Virus record (IMG/VR): IMGVR_UViG_3300048579_000191
Location: 1-44,638 of that record
Strand: one strand, 5' to 3'
DNA length: 44,638 nt
From: a virus
Taxonomy: Duplodnaviria; Caudoviricetes
A program made the position numbers and the translations under genes. Each line of letters opens with the position of its first letter. Position 1 is the first letter of the stretch. The notes beneath the pieces are model-generated. The model was not told the origin of the DNA. It saw only the letters and a program-made list of their open reading frames with translations, and searched no databases. Below are positions 26,267 to 35,614 of the stretch, one piece after another.

Positions 26267-26577
26267 GATGGGCGCAGGTCCAGTGACCAGATCAGGCGTT
26301 CGCGGTCGCGCACCGGCTCGCCTTGGATCGTGAAGCTGTCGGCGCCGATCACGATCAGATCGCCGGGGCGGGGATCGGGCAGGTCGGACACGCGCACATC
26401 CACAATCATCGTGTCGCTGACAAAGCGCCCAGCGCCGAATTCGGTGATGCGGTCCGGGGCGCGACGGATGACCCGGATCGGGCGTTCCTCTGACGTGGTG
26501 GCGGAAATCCACACTGCGGCCGCCGCCATGGACGGGTTGGAATAGATCCGGTCCATGGCGGCGGCGAAGACGTTCAT
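26263..26577 (-). CDS. Head-tail joining protein (gpFII-like)
   Basis: 104 aa after the capsid gene, PRPGDLIVIG motif. Confidence 0.8.
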   Translation of the reverse strand: MNVFAAAMDRIYSNPSMAAAAVWISATTSEERPIRVIRRAPDRITEFGAGRFVSDTMIVDVRVSDLPDPRPGDLIVIGADSFTIQGEPVRDRERLIWSLDLRPS

Positions 26578-26589
26578 AGGGAACGCCCG

Positions 26590-27612
26590 TCAGTTCGAGG
26601 TGTGAATGCGGATCGCGATGCGCGGCCGCTTGTTCACTGGCAGGATCGAGGCTTCCGTCATCAGGTCGATCCAGCGGCCTTTCTCGTCGAGGTGCTGGCG
26701 GGCATAGAGCGGCAGGCCGAGGGTGTTGGCCGCCTCCAGCAGGTTGGCCGGGCCGCCGTAGGTCGTGAAGGTGTCCATGGTGCCCAGCGGAAAGGCGATG
26801 CCCTCGTTGGCCGGAACAAGCCGTTCGGTGGCCTTGGTGGAAAGCGTGACCGTGCCCGCGTATTCCTCGAACACGATGCCCGCGAAGGGGAAGTTGCGCC
26901 GCACGTCCTGGCGCAGGGGCTGCGCGCCAGTTGCGGCGTAGAACTTGTAGGCTTCTTCCGTCTTGGGATGCGCGATCAGCTTGTCGAAGAATTCGCGGCT
27001 GACGAGGGCATGCACGTCCGACATGCTTTCGCCAAGCAGGTTGTCTTCGATTGCCCGCAAAACCTCGCGGACCTTGCTTTGGACGAGGGTCCCTGCCGTG
27101 CCCAGCAGGAAATCCACCGAGATTTGCGCCAGCCCGAATTCGGTGAAGTAGTTGTAGAGGGTGGTGCCAGCGCCATCCTTCACGATGCCGCGCAGCGCGT
27201 TCATCTCCATGTATTCGCGGGTCTGGGCATGCTTGCGGCGCATCAGCTGCAGCTTGCGGTTCATCACCTCGACCAGCGGGTCGGCGGCATCAAAGGCGCC
27301 CAGCGCGGGTTGGCCCTGAATGTCGCCGGGCAGGATGACATCGTCATGCGGGATCCATGGCAGGGCGAAGGAACGCATCGACCGCCCCTCGCGCGTGCCG
27401 ACGGTTGCAGGACCGCCCAGCGGCACCGAGGGCAGCAGGTTCAGGACACCCTCGTATTGCTCGATGATGACGGAGCGCTGGGTGACGCCTTCAAAGCGGA
27501 AGAGGCCGATCTGGCCAAGGCGGGTGTAGAGGTTGGGCAGGATGTTGATGGCCTGCGTCATCTCGGCCAGCGAGTAGCCGCCAGCGTCAAAAGGATTGCG
27601 AACGATGGTCAT
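26590..27612 (-). CDS. Major capsid protein (lambda gpE-like)
   Basis: 340 aa after the decoration gene; LAEMTQAINILPN, TREYMEMNALRG, FGLAQ. Confidence 0.92.
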   Translation of the reverse strand: MTIVRNPFDAGGYSLAEMTQAINILPNLYTRLGQIGLFRFEGVTQRSVIIEQYEGVLNLLPSVPLGGPATVGTREGRSMRSFALPWIPHDDVILPGDIQGQPALGAFDAADPLVEVMNRKLQLMRRKHAQTREYMEMNALRGIVKDGAGTTLYNYFTEFGLAQISVDFLLGTAGTLVQSKVREVLRAIEDNLLGESMSDVHALVSREFFDKLIAHPKTEEAYKFYAATGAQPLRQDVRRNFPFAGIVFEEYAGTVTLSTKATERLVPANEGIAFPLGTMDTFTTYGGPANLLEAANTLGLPLYARQHLDEKGRWIDLMTEASILPVNKRPRIAIRIHTSN

Positions 27613-27656
27613 GGGGTGCTCCGGGGATTTGGGGAAAGGGATGCCTACGTCGCGCG

Positions 27657-28037
27657 TCAGACTCCGTCACGGGCGATGATGCCGACGGCGGCAAGCTGGC
27701 CGATCTTGGCGGTGATCTTGGCCGCGTCGTTGACGGTGCCCTCGTAGGCCAGGCCTGCGCGCGACACGATCGAGGGGCCACGGACCAGCACGATGCCGAC
27801 CGCGTCGGCCAGAGTGGCGTTCACCGGATAAAGCAGGACCGCGACAGCGACCTGCGCACCATCGGCCCCGGTTGCGGCGGACAGCGTGTATTTGCCGCTG
27901 GCGGTGATCCGGCCGAGGACGGCACCGGAAGGGTAATTGGTGCCGATCAGCAGCGTGATCACCTCGCGGGTGTAGTTCGGGTTGACCTCATATTTGAGGA
28001 CATCGCCCATGCTGGGCGGTTCCGTCAGGACGGGCAT
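27657..28037 (-). CDS. Head decoration protein (gpD-like)
   Basis: YTREVITL...GAVLGRITASGKY...DGAQVAVAVL, between protease and capsid genes. Confidence 0.9.
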   Translation of the reverse strand: MPVLTEPPSMGDVLKYEVNPNYTREVITLLIGTNYPSGAVLGRITASGKYTLSAATGADGAQVAVAVLLYPVNATLADAVGIVLVRGPSIVSRAGLAYEGTVNDAAKITAKIGQLAAVGIIARDGV

Positions 28038-28091
28038 TGGTCAGTCTCCATGGTTTGGGGGATGGGGAAGGTGGTGGAAGCGTGCGCTGGT

Positions 28092-28475
28092 TCAGCGCTT
28101 GGCGTCGGTCGCGGCCTTTTTGGCGGCGGCCACGATGGGGCTTTCCTTGGCTGCTGCAGCCGGGGCGGTGGCGATGATGCCAGCGGCATCGCTGCGGGCC
28201 GCGAGATCGGCCAGAACCCGGGCGCGCAATGCCTCGGGTTTCAACCCGCGCGTGACAGCGTCGGCCGCGTCGATGGTCACACCAAGCCGGGCGGCCTGCG
28301 CGCAGACTTGCGCCACCTCGGCCGCCTCGGCGCGAATGGCGTCTGCGGTCATGGCAGTGGGCGAAGCATTCGCCGCCGCAGCGGACGGCTCTGGCGCTGC
28401 CGCGACCGCTGGCATTGCGGCAGGAGGTGCGGCAACCGGGGCTGGGTTCGGGGTGAAGTTGGGCGTGGTGGTCAT
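28092..28475 (-). CDS. Nested in-frame scaffolding protein (Nu3-like)
   Basis: Internal AGAAAGGG RBS 7 nt before the in-frame ATG 28475 (MTTTPNFTP). Confidence 0.65.
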   Translation of the reverse strand: MTTTPNFTPNPAPVAAPPAAMPAVAAAPEPSAAAANASPTAMTADAIRAEAAEVAQVCAQAARLGVTIDAADAVTRGLKPEALRARVLADLAARSDAAGIIATAPAAAAKESPIVAAAKKAATDAKR

Positions 28476-29417
28476 CTGTGGACCCTTTCTGCTGGGGGAA
28501 TTTGTGCCGCGGGGTGCGGCGGCGAAGGTGCGGAAGGCGGTGACGGGATCGGCCAGTTCATCCGCCAAACCAGCGGCGATGGCATCGGCCCCGCGGAACA
28601 CGGCAGCTTCTGTGGCCAGTGCTGCGGCCTGAGTCAGCCGATCCCCGCGACCGGCAGCGACGGTTTCGGCGAAGAGAAAGCGCACCACCTCCAACTCGCG
28701 CTGCATCTGGTCGTGGATGGCTTCGGGCAGGGGCTGATAGGGATTGGCATCGATCTTGTGCGATCCTGCGTGGATCAGCGTGACGGCGATGCCCTTCTGG
28801 TTGATCGCGCCGCTCATATCCGTGTGCAACGCCACGACACCGATGCTGCCGACAGCACCCGTGCGCGGCAGAATGATCCGGTCAGCCTGGGAGGCGAGGA
28901 CATATCCGGCCGACAGGGCATGTTCGGCGACGAATGCGTGGACCGGCTTTTGTGATCGCGCCGCCCGGATGCGGTCGGCCAGATCGAAGGCCCCGGCGAC
29001 CTCACCCCCAAAGCTGTCGATGTCCAAGGCAATGCCGCGCACGCCGGGATCGGCGACGGCCGCCTGCAGCTGGGCAGCAATGCCCTCGTATGAGGTCAGG
29101 CCCGAGGATTGCCCGATCCAGGCACCGCGATGCACAAGTGTGCCCGCGATTTCGATCACGGCGATGCCATCGACCACAGCAAAGGGCTGGGTGCCGTTCC
29201 GCTGATGGCGCTGGGCGAGATCGTTCCCGAACAGCGATGCCCGGGCGGGCAGGCTGGCGGCAGTCTGGTCAATGGCTTCCATCTCCATTCCTTGGAAGGT
29301 GATCTCTTGCCCGGTGATGCGCGGCCCCAGCCCGGACAGGAAGCTCAGCGCCTTGGCGGGATCGACCATCAACGGCGTGTTGAACGCGCGCTGGGCGATT
29401 TGCGCGTGGTGCATCAT
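28092..29417 (-). CDS. S49 capsid maturation protease (gpC-like) with C-terminal scaffold
   Basis: LDIDSFGGEVAG, ALSAGYVLAS, VGSIGV, then an Ala/Pro-rich tail. Confidence 0.92.
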   Translation of the reverse strand: MMHHAQIAQRAFNTPLMVDPAKALSFLSGLGPRITGQEITFQGMEMEAIDQTAASLPARASLFGNDLAQRHQRNGTQPFAVVDGIAVIEIAGTLVHRGAWIGQSSGLTSYEGIAAQLQAAVADPGVRGIALDIDSFGGEVAGAFDLADRIRAARSQKPVHAFVAEHALSAGYVLASQADRIILPRTGAVGSIGVVALHTDMSGAINQKGIAVTLIHAGSHKIDANPYQPLPEAIHDQMQRELEVVRFLFAETVAAGRGDRLTQAAALATEAAVFRGADAIAAGLADELADPVTAFRTFAAAPRGTNSPSRKGPQMTTTPNFTPNPAPVAAPPAAMPAVAAAPEPSAAAANASPTAMTADAIRAEAAEVAQVCAQAARLGVTIDAADAVTRGLKPEALRARVLADLAARSDAAGIIATAPAAAAKESPIVAAAKKAATDAKR

Positions 29418-30910
29418 TCGCCCTCCTTGGGGTCGGGTTTTTCATCGGCGGTGTCGTCGGCCTCATTGTCCTTGGCGTTGTCCTGATCCGCATCTTTCGC
29501 CGTGCCTTCGCCCGGCCCCTGTGCGGGTGACCCGGGGCGGCGGAAGTCTAGGCCCAGCGCCGCTTCGCGTTTCCGCTCGGCGGCGATTTCGCGGTCGACC
29601 TGTTCGGCGTCGTATCCCCGCTCCGCCAGCGCTTGGGTGCGGGATTTCAGGCCCGCTTCGATCTGCAGGATCTCGGCCGAGGCGTCCTTCATGGGGTCAA
29701 TCCAGTCCCATTTGGTGGGGAGCCAGGCGCAGGCCTGATATTTGCGGCGCTGACTTTCATAGCCGGGCAGGTCCAGCGCGCCCGACAACACGGCGGTGTC
29801 CATCCAGCGCACCCAGACGGCGCGGCAAAGCTGATAGACCAGCACGCCATGTTGCCAGGCCGAGATGCGGCGCCGGAATTCGATCAAACTGATCCGCGTG
29901 TTGGAGAAGTTCCCCTTCGCCGTGTCGCCGGTCAAATAGCCATAGGGCACGCCCAGCGCGGCGGCGATTTGCAGCAGGGTACGATACTGGAACGGCTCGT
30001 AGGTGCCGCCTGAGTCTGGCGTGGCCGGAGTCGAGACGTCCTCGCCGGGATCGAGACGTACGACTTGGCCGGGTTCGACCTCGAGATCCTCTTCGGTCGG
30101 TTCCAGCGGGGTTTCAGGGGCAGGCGAGGTGATGAACATCGCGAACATCGCCGCGATCTTCTTCCGCTCAAGCTCGGCGTCATCATAGAGGTCCAGCGTG
30201 AACAGTTTCACTATGGCGGCGGCGAACCGCGAGACTCCGCGCAACTGCCCCGCCTCGACCGGGTCGAGGACATGGATCACGTCGGCGGCAGGGACGCGGA
30301 CGGTTTCCCCAGCCAGCCCCGGATCGGTCAGGTCGCCGGGATGGCGGCGCAGGAAGTGATAGGCGACACGGCGACCGATGCCGTCGAATTCGATCCCCTG
30401 ACGGATCAACCCGGCGCCGGGCAGGGTGCGGTTCATGTCTAGGGGCAGCATTTCCGCAGGCAGCATCTGCAGCTGCAGCGGCACGGTCAGACCATCGTCA
30501 GCGCGACGGGGCCGGATGCGGATGAAGACCTCACCCGACAGAAACACCTCGCGCGCCGCGCGCCGCTGCAGCCCGTAGAAATCCGTCAGCCCCTCGGCAT
30601 CGGCATCGTCAGTCCAGGCGAGCCACAGCGCCTGCAACTCTTCCTTTTTGGCCGCATTCGCGATGGTCGAAGAGGGTTTGATGCCATCGCCCACCACATT
30701 GCTGGCGAAGCTTTCCACCGCGTTTGCCGCATAGCCATTGTTCCGGACCAGCCAGCGCGCCCGGGCGGTGATCGTGTCGCCGGAGGCCGCGATCAGCGTG
30801 TTCACATGAGCGCGGGATGCGCGGAACCCACGCAGGCGACGATGCGCCTGTGCGGCATCGAAGCCACCGATGATTGACCCCAGCCGCTGGCGGAAAGCCT
30901 CGAAAGCCAT
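29414..30910 (-). CDS. Lambda-family portal protein
   Basis: RARWLVRNNGYA, GIEFDGIGRRVAYH, GQLRGVS, NFSNTR, WDWIDPMKD. Confidence 0.95.
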   Translation of the reverse strand: MAFEAFRQRLGSIIGGFDAAQAHRRLRGFRASRAHVNTLIAASGDTITARARWLVRNNGYAANAVESFASNVVGDGIKPSSTIANAAKKEELQALWLAWTDDADAEGLTDFYGLQRRAAREVFLSGEVFIRIRPRRADDGLTVPLQLQMLPAEMLPLDMNRTLPGAGLIRQGIEFDGIGRRVAYHFLRRHPGDLTDPGLAGETVRVPAADVIHVLDPVEAGQLRGVSRFAAAIVKLFTLDLYDDAELERKKIAAMFAMFITSPAPETPLEPTEEDLEVEPGQVVRLDPGEDVSTPATPDSGGTYEPFQYRTLLQIAAALGVPYGYLTGDTAKGNFSNTRISLIEFRRRISAWQHGVLVYQLCRAVWVRWMDTAVLSGALDLPGYESQRRKYQACAWLPTKWDWIDPMKDASAEILQIEAGLKSRTQALAERGYDAEQVDREIAAERKREAALGLDFRRPGSPAQGPGEGTAKDADQDNAKDNEADDTADEKPDPKEGE

Positions 30911-30913
30911 GGA

Positions 30914-31129
30914 TCACAGACCCTTCGAGGCAACCGTGCCCCAGCGCCGACGGCGCGGCGTGCCGGTCGTAGCCGTCGCAATCCGGGTTTCCAGATCGCT
31001 GATGGCGTTCGCGAGTTCCGCGTCCGAGCCATAGTTGATCGATTTTCCGTCATAGCTGACCGACCGGACGCCCGCGAAGCGCGCCTCCTGAAGTGCTGCC
31101 AACAGGGCGCGCATCCGTTCCAGATCCAT
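30914..31129 (-). CDS. Head completion protein (gpW-like)
   Basis: 71 aa between terminase and portal genes, GVRSVSYDGKSINY. Confidence 0.85.
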   Translation of the reverse strand: MDLERMRALLAALQEARFAGVRSVSYDGKSINYGSDAELANAISDLETRIATATTGTPRRRRWGTVASKGL

Positions 31130-31130
31130 C

Positions 31131-33176
31131 TCAGTCCCTCATGAAGTTCGGTGTGTAGGCCCGACGTTTCCGCCGTGGCGTGGTCGGTGTTCCGGCCTTG
31201 GGCCTAGTCGGAGCAGCCGGTTCAGTTGTGGCGACGGGCGCCGCATGTCGGGTTTCCACGCCAGCCTGCTCTTCCAGCCGCCGCCATGTCGCCTCGTCCC
31301 AGCGATCCGCGCCCATGATCCACGCCGCCGCCCGCGCATAGACGCGGGCGTCCAGCGCCTCGTTACGCTCGCGCATCTTCTGCCATTCGGGGTGGGCATA
31401 GCCGCGCTTGTTGCGCACCGTGACCAGCTGTTCCGCCACCAGCTGCTTCAGCCATTCAGTGTCGATCCAATCTGGCAGGTGCACGGTGCCGGGGGCGTCC
31501 AGTACGCCCAGCGCCCGGTCCTCGTCCGAAGGGCGTTCCAGCCGCAGGAAGCGGTAGGTTTCGGTCTTGAACGTCGCGGTGGCCACCGACCAGAGTCGTG
31601 CCCCGCGGCGCAGACGTTTGCCGCCGATGGTGGCATCGACTAAGGTCGGGCCCGACACCGGCGTGGCGCGGTTGAAGCCTTCCAGACCCTTGATCGGGGC
31701 CACCTGGTCGAACCCCTGTTTCCGCGCCCATGCGTAAACCGCGGGTGCCTCATAACCAGTGTCGATGGCGAGCTTGCCGATCACCATCACCGCGCCATTC
31801 GCGCAGGTCCATGTTCGACCGAGCAGGGCTGTCAGCTTGTCCCAGCAGGCCGGATCGTCCGGGCCGCCCGGGATCACGATGTGATCCACAAGCCAGGACT
31901 CCAGGCCCCGGCCCCAGGCCCAGACATCGACCTCGATCCGGTCCTTCTGCACGTCAACGCCAGCGGTCAGAAACAACCCGCCCATCGGGATCTGTGCCGC
32001 GCCATAGGCCTCGCGGCGTTCCGCCAGCCGTTGCCATTCGGGCGCGTCGCCCGACTCCACCCATGTCTCGCCCAGCAGGGTGTTGCGCGCGACGCGCAGC
32101 ATTGCCTCCGAGCCTTGCGCCGCCAGCCATTCCCGCGCGATCTGCTGCCAGCTTTTCCAGCCCAGCGGCGAATAGAGTGCCGAGATATGGAAGCCGATGG
32201 AATGCGGATCGGCGGAAACGGCCGTCGCGCGCCACTCCCCGCATTCCAGCATCTGAGTCTTGTGATGCTCGGCGATGGGGCGTTCGCAGCCCTCGCAGTG
32301 ATAGGCCGCCGTGTCGGGCCGTCCTTTGTCCCAGCGCAGGCGTTCGAACTGCAGCCATTGCATCGCCCCGCAGTGGGGGCAGGGCACGAAATACCGGCGC
32401 TGATCGCTGGCATCAAACTCCCGTTCAATGCGGGACAATCCCCGGATCGTCGGGGTCGAGACCATGAACACCTTGCGCCGGTGCGAGAAGGTGGTGGTCC
32501 GCGCTTCAGCCAGCGTGACCGGATCACCTTCCTCGTCAGCAGAAGCTGGATAGGCGTCGACCTCATCCAGAAAGATGTAGCGCGCGGGCATCGAACGTAG
32601 ACCGGTGGCCGAGTTCGCGCCGGTCAGCACCAGGATGCCGCCGGGGAATTCCTTCGACAGCATCGAATTGCCAGCATCGCGCGACCGGGCAGGGTTGACC
32701 CGTTCGCGCAGAGCCGCGCTGTCCGCGATCAGGGGGTCAAGACGGCCCCGCGACGTCCGTTTGGCGAGTTCCAGCGATGGCAATACCGCCAGCATCGGCC
32801 CCGGCGCATGATGGATGACAAAGCCGATCCAGTTGTTTCCAGCCTCTGTGGCCCCGACCTGTGCTGCCTTCATGAAGGTCACACGCTGCGCTGGGTGACG
32901 CGGCGACAGCGCATCCATGATCTCGCGCAGGTAGGGCGCGCGCGCTGTCCGGTATCGCCCCGGTTCGGCCGCACCGCGCGAAGACAGCCAGCGGTGTTCA
33001 TCCGCCCATTCCGACACTGTCAGGTCCGGGTCGGGACGCATCCCCTTGCGCCAGCTACGCAATATGTCCTCGGCCCCGTCAAATTCGAGGTCGAGGCCGT
33101 CTGCCAGGTCGAGTTCTTCTCCATCATCCAAGCGAGACCCTGAGATCAGCGAGGGCGTCGAGGTGCTGTCTGACAT
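31131..33176 (-). CDS. Terminase large subunit (lambda gpA family)
   Basis: MKAAQVGATE Walker A, IFLDEVD Walker B, VSTPT, CPHCG, AGVDVQKDR, RNEALD. Confidence 0.96.
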   Translation of the reverse strand: MSDSTSTPSLISGSRLDDGEELDLADGLDLEFDGAEDILRSWRKGMRPDPDLTVSEWADEHRWLSSRGAAEPGRYRTARAPYLREIMDALSPRHPAQRVTFMKAAQVGATEAGNNWIGFVIHHAPGPMLAVLPSLELAKRTSRGRLDPLIADSAALRERVNPARSRDAGNSMLSKEFPGGILVLTGANSATGLRSMPARYIFLDEVDAYPASADEEGDPVTLAEARTTTFSHRRKVFMVSTPTIRGLSRIEREFDASDQRRYFVPCPHCGAMQWLQFERLRWDKGRPDTAAYHCEGCERPIAEHHKTQMLECGEWRATAVSADPHSIGFHISALYSPLGWKSWQQIAREWLAAQGSEAMLRVARNTLLGETWVESGDAPEWQRLAERREAYGAAQIPMGGLFLTAGVDVQKDRIEVDVWAWGRGLESWLVDHIVIPGGPDDPACWDKLTALLGRTWTCANGAVMVIGKLAIDTGYEAPAVYAWARKQGFDQVAPIKGLEGFNRATPVSGPTLVDATIGGKRLRRGARLWSVATATFKTETYRFLRLERPSDEDRALGVLDAPGTVHLPDWIDTEWLKQLVAEQLVTVRNKRGYAHPEWQKMRERNEALDARVYARAAAWIMGADRWDEATWRRLEEQAGVETRHAAPVATTEPAAPTRPKAGTPTTPRRKRRAYTPNFMRD

Positions 33177-33657
33177 GGGCTTCCAACACCCTCTGCAGGA
33201 TCGCGGCCTCGATGATCACCGGTGTGCCGGTCTGTTTTTCCACCCCCAAGGCCACTTCGGCCGCCATCAGCGCTGCCACTCTGTTGGGCCAGGTCACCCA
33301 AGTATCGCGTTCCTGTCGGGCCAACCGGAACACCAGCGCTTCTGCGCGCGCCCGGTCGACCAGCGTGCCCTTCTTCTTCTGGATGCCCAGCTGCTTGTCC
33401 TGCGCCTGGTAAACCGTCAGCGCGGTGCGGGCCTTCAGGTAGGAGGAGCTGTCAGCTGGCCCGGAAAACCCGCTGTCGCCGGTGCTTCGCCGCTGCTGGT
33501 CCGGATCGGTCATGTCTGCGCGGCGCACATCGGAGGCGGCCGCGTTGATCGACCCGTCGCTGTACATCACCAGCCGACTGGCTTTCCGGGCCTTCTGGAT
33601 CGCCCCGCGCGAGAGGCCGGAATGGGCGGAATACTCCCGCTCGGACATACCTTCCAT
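33124..33657 (-). CDS. Terminase small subunit (Nu1-like)
   Basis: N-terminal HTH MSEREYSAHSGLSRGAIQKA, then KKGTLVDRA; overlaps the terL 5' end. Confidence 0.8.
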   Translation of the reverse strand: MEGMSEREYSAHSGLSRGAIQKARKASRLVMYSDGSINAAASDVRRADMTDPDQQRRSTGDSGFSGPADSSSYLKARTALTVYQAQDKQLGIQKKKGTLVDRARAEALVFRLARQERDTWVTWPNRVAALMAAEVALGVEKQTGTPVIIEAAILQRVLEAHVRQHLDALADLRVSLG

Positions 33658-33775
33658 GGTGTTATCCGCCACGTCTAAAGCAATGAAATTGCTTGCTATT
33701 AAGTTGATTACACTTCGGACAAGAGCGATTCTGATTGAACCAGAACGATGCAACTCACCGAAGGACGACCACGCC

Positions 33776-34003
33776 ATGACCACCCGCCGAGCGACCGACA
33801 ACACCAAAGCCCTCGACGCCTTCATGACCACCAAGTTCCAGATCGACGCGATGCTTGAGCGCCTGAAGGCCCTGAGCGACGACCATTTCGAGACCCACCC
33901 CGACGAGATCAATTGGGGCCATGTCGGCACTCTGAACAACTACGCCAGCCTGCTGCGCCAGATCACCGACAGCGCATTCAAGGAGGGCGAGCATGCCGTT
34001 TGA
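33776..34003 (+). CDS. Small hypothetical phage protein
   Basis: AAGGA RBS, MTTRRATDNTKALDAF...INWGHVGTL; divergent from terS. Confidence 0.75.
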   Translation: MTTRRATDNTKALDAFMTTKFQIDAMLERLKALSDDHFETHPDEINWGHVGTLNNYASLLRQITDSAFKEGEHAV

Positions 34004-34217
34004 TCCCGCCCAGCGCCACCAGATCGAACAGGATGCCATCACCGCCGCATGGGAGGCCGAACGCCTCGCCGCCTGCGACCACGCCATCGCCCTGCTGCGC
34101 GAGATCGCCGATCAGGAACGCGACGACGATGGCGACGTGATCATCGGCACGGATGCCGAAGGCCACAACGACCTGATGTCACGGATCGCTGCCTTCCTTG
34201 CCACCAACGACCGATAG
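33993..34217 (+). CDS. Small acidic hypothetical protein
   Basis: 74 aa with GGAGGG upstream, overlapping the previous gene. Confidence 0.65.
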   Translation: MPFDPAQRHQIEQDAITAAWEAERLAACDHAIALLREIADQERDDDGDVIIGTDAEGHNDLMSRIAAFLATNDR

Positions 34218-34226
34218 GGGAACGCC

Positions 34227-34763
34227 ATGACCAAGCTGACCGAAACCCAGACCATCATCCTCAGCGCCGGGGCCCAGCGCCCCGAGAACATCGCCCTGCC
34301 GCTGCCCAAGGGGCTGGCAGGGGCGGCAGCGAAGATGGCTGTCACCAAGATGATCGAACATGGCTGGCTGCAGGAGGTCGACGCCAACCTCCGGCGCAAT
34401 GAACCGCTCTGGCGAGAAACCGGGGATGGCCATGGCACCACGCTGGTGGTCACCGATGCTGGCTTGCTGGCCATCGGGATCGAGCCGGTAGTGGTGAAAA
34501 CCGTCGCTGCAATCCGCGAACATGCCGCCAAGGCGCCACCACCGAAGCCGCCGACCCAGCGTGAAGGGACCAAGCAGGCACTGCTGATCGAGATGCTGGG
34601 GCGCCCTGAGGGGGCTTCCATTGCCGAGATTGTCGAGGCGACCGGGTGGATGTCGCATAGCGCTCGTGGTGCAATCTCAGGCGTTTTGAAGAAGAAGCTC
34701 GCCTTGCCCGTCACCTCCGGGAAGGTCGAGGGGCGAGGGACCGTCTACAAGCTGCCTGCTTGA
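34227..34763 (+). CDS. DUF3489-family protein (C-terminal winged HTH)
   Basis: REGTKQALLIEMLGRPEGASIAEIVEATGWMSHSARGAISG. Confidence 0.88.
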   Translation: MTKLTETQTIILSAGAQRPENIALPLPKGLAGAAAKMAVTKMIEHGWLQEVDANLRRNEPLWRETGDGHGTTLVVTDAGLLAIGIEPVVVKTVAAIREHAAKAPPPKPPTQREGTKQALLIEMLGRPEGASIAEIVEATGWMSHSARGAISGVLKKKLALPVTSGKVEGRGTVYKLPA

Positions 34764-34811
34764 ACCATCGTGAACTGCTGACCGCCGCCGTTCCGACCGC
34801 GCGGCGGTAAC

Positions 34812-35009
34812 TCATTGCCAAGACAGAAGATCGCGTGCTGCCGCCTGCAGGATGTCCTGCGCCATGCGCGGCTCACAAGTGTAGATCCCGCCCGGCTCTG
34901 GATCACCAACATTGTCCTCGAACCACGACCGACCCTCGTCCGATATCGGACGCAGGACAACGATGGTCCCATGGTCGTTGATTTCGATATGTTGCCAGCC
35001 TTCGGTCAT
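34812..35009 (-). CDS. Small acidic hypothetical protein
   Basis: 65-aa ORF with protein-like composition, 17 bp downstream of the HEPN-like gene. Confidence 0.6.
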   Translation of the reverse strand: MTEGWQHIEINDHGTIVVLRPISDEGRSWFEDNVGDPEPGGIYTCEPRMAQDILQAAARDLLSWQ

Positions 35010-35026
35010 GGACCAAGGCTATTGGG

Positions 35027-35593
35027 TCAGGGAAGATGATTCAACCGGATCCCGACATAGGCATTTTCAGCCTTTCTGGGATCCTTCTGCCTTGCAGCAT
35101 CGCTCAAGCTGCCAATGGCCCAGACCATGTGTGACAGGATGCGCATCACGTGCTCCAAGTCGGAATGTGTATGCTTTCGCTTCTCGCCGTTCAGTTCCGT
35201 CTCCAGATGTGCGTCCCCACGATTGCCGAAGGGATCGGCCGTTATGCCGATCAGGCCATGGCTGATACGATTTCTGAGTTCTAGTGCCATCATGAGGCGG
35301 GTGCGCACTTCCTTGAGCAAATCCTGGTGTTCGGGGCGTTCCGCGCAGATTGACGCCTGTAGGCTTTCCCAACGCGCAATCTTCTGGGCCAGGGTATGTG
35401 CCCCGTTTCGGCTCTTCCCGTCGCCCAGTTCTTCGACACGCTTTGTGATTTCACGTTCTATGGACGACCAAAGAAACAGGATCGAGCCGACGCTCGCCTT
35501 CATTTCCACGAAGGTGACGGGATTGATGGCGGTGTCATCTTGCATGGCAGGTCGGGTCTCGAATTCCTTTGCATCAAGGGATTTATGGGCCAA
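35027..35593 (-). CDS. Hypothetical protein with a HEPN-like RNxxxH motif
   Basis: Helical protein with WSSIE...ELRNRISHG. May start at ATG 35545. Confidence 0.65.
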   Translation of the reverse strand: MAHKSLDAKEFETRPAMQDDTAINPVTFVEMKASVGSILFLWSSIEREITKRVEELGDGKSRNGAHTLAQKIARWESLQASICAERPEHQDLLKEVRTRLMMALELRNRISHGLIGITADPFGNRGDAHLETELNGEKRKHTHSDLEHVMRILSHMVWAIGSLSDAARQKDPRKAENAYVGIRLNHLP

Positions 35594-35614
35594 CGTCCTC
35601 TCCGATGAAAGCTA

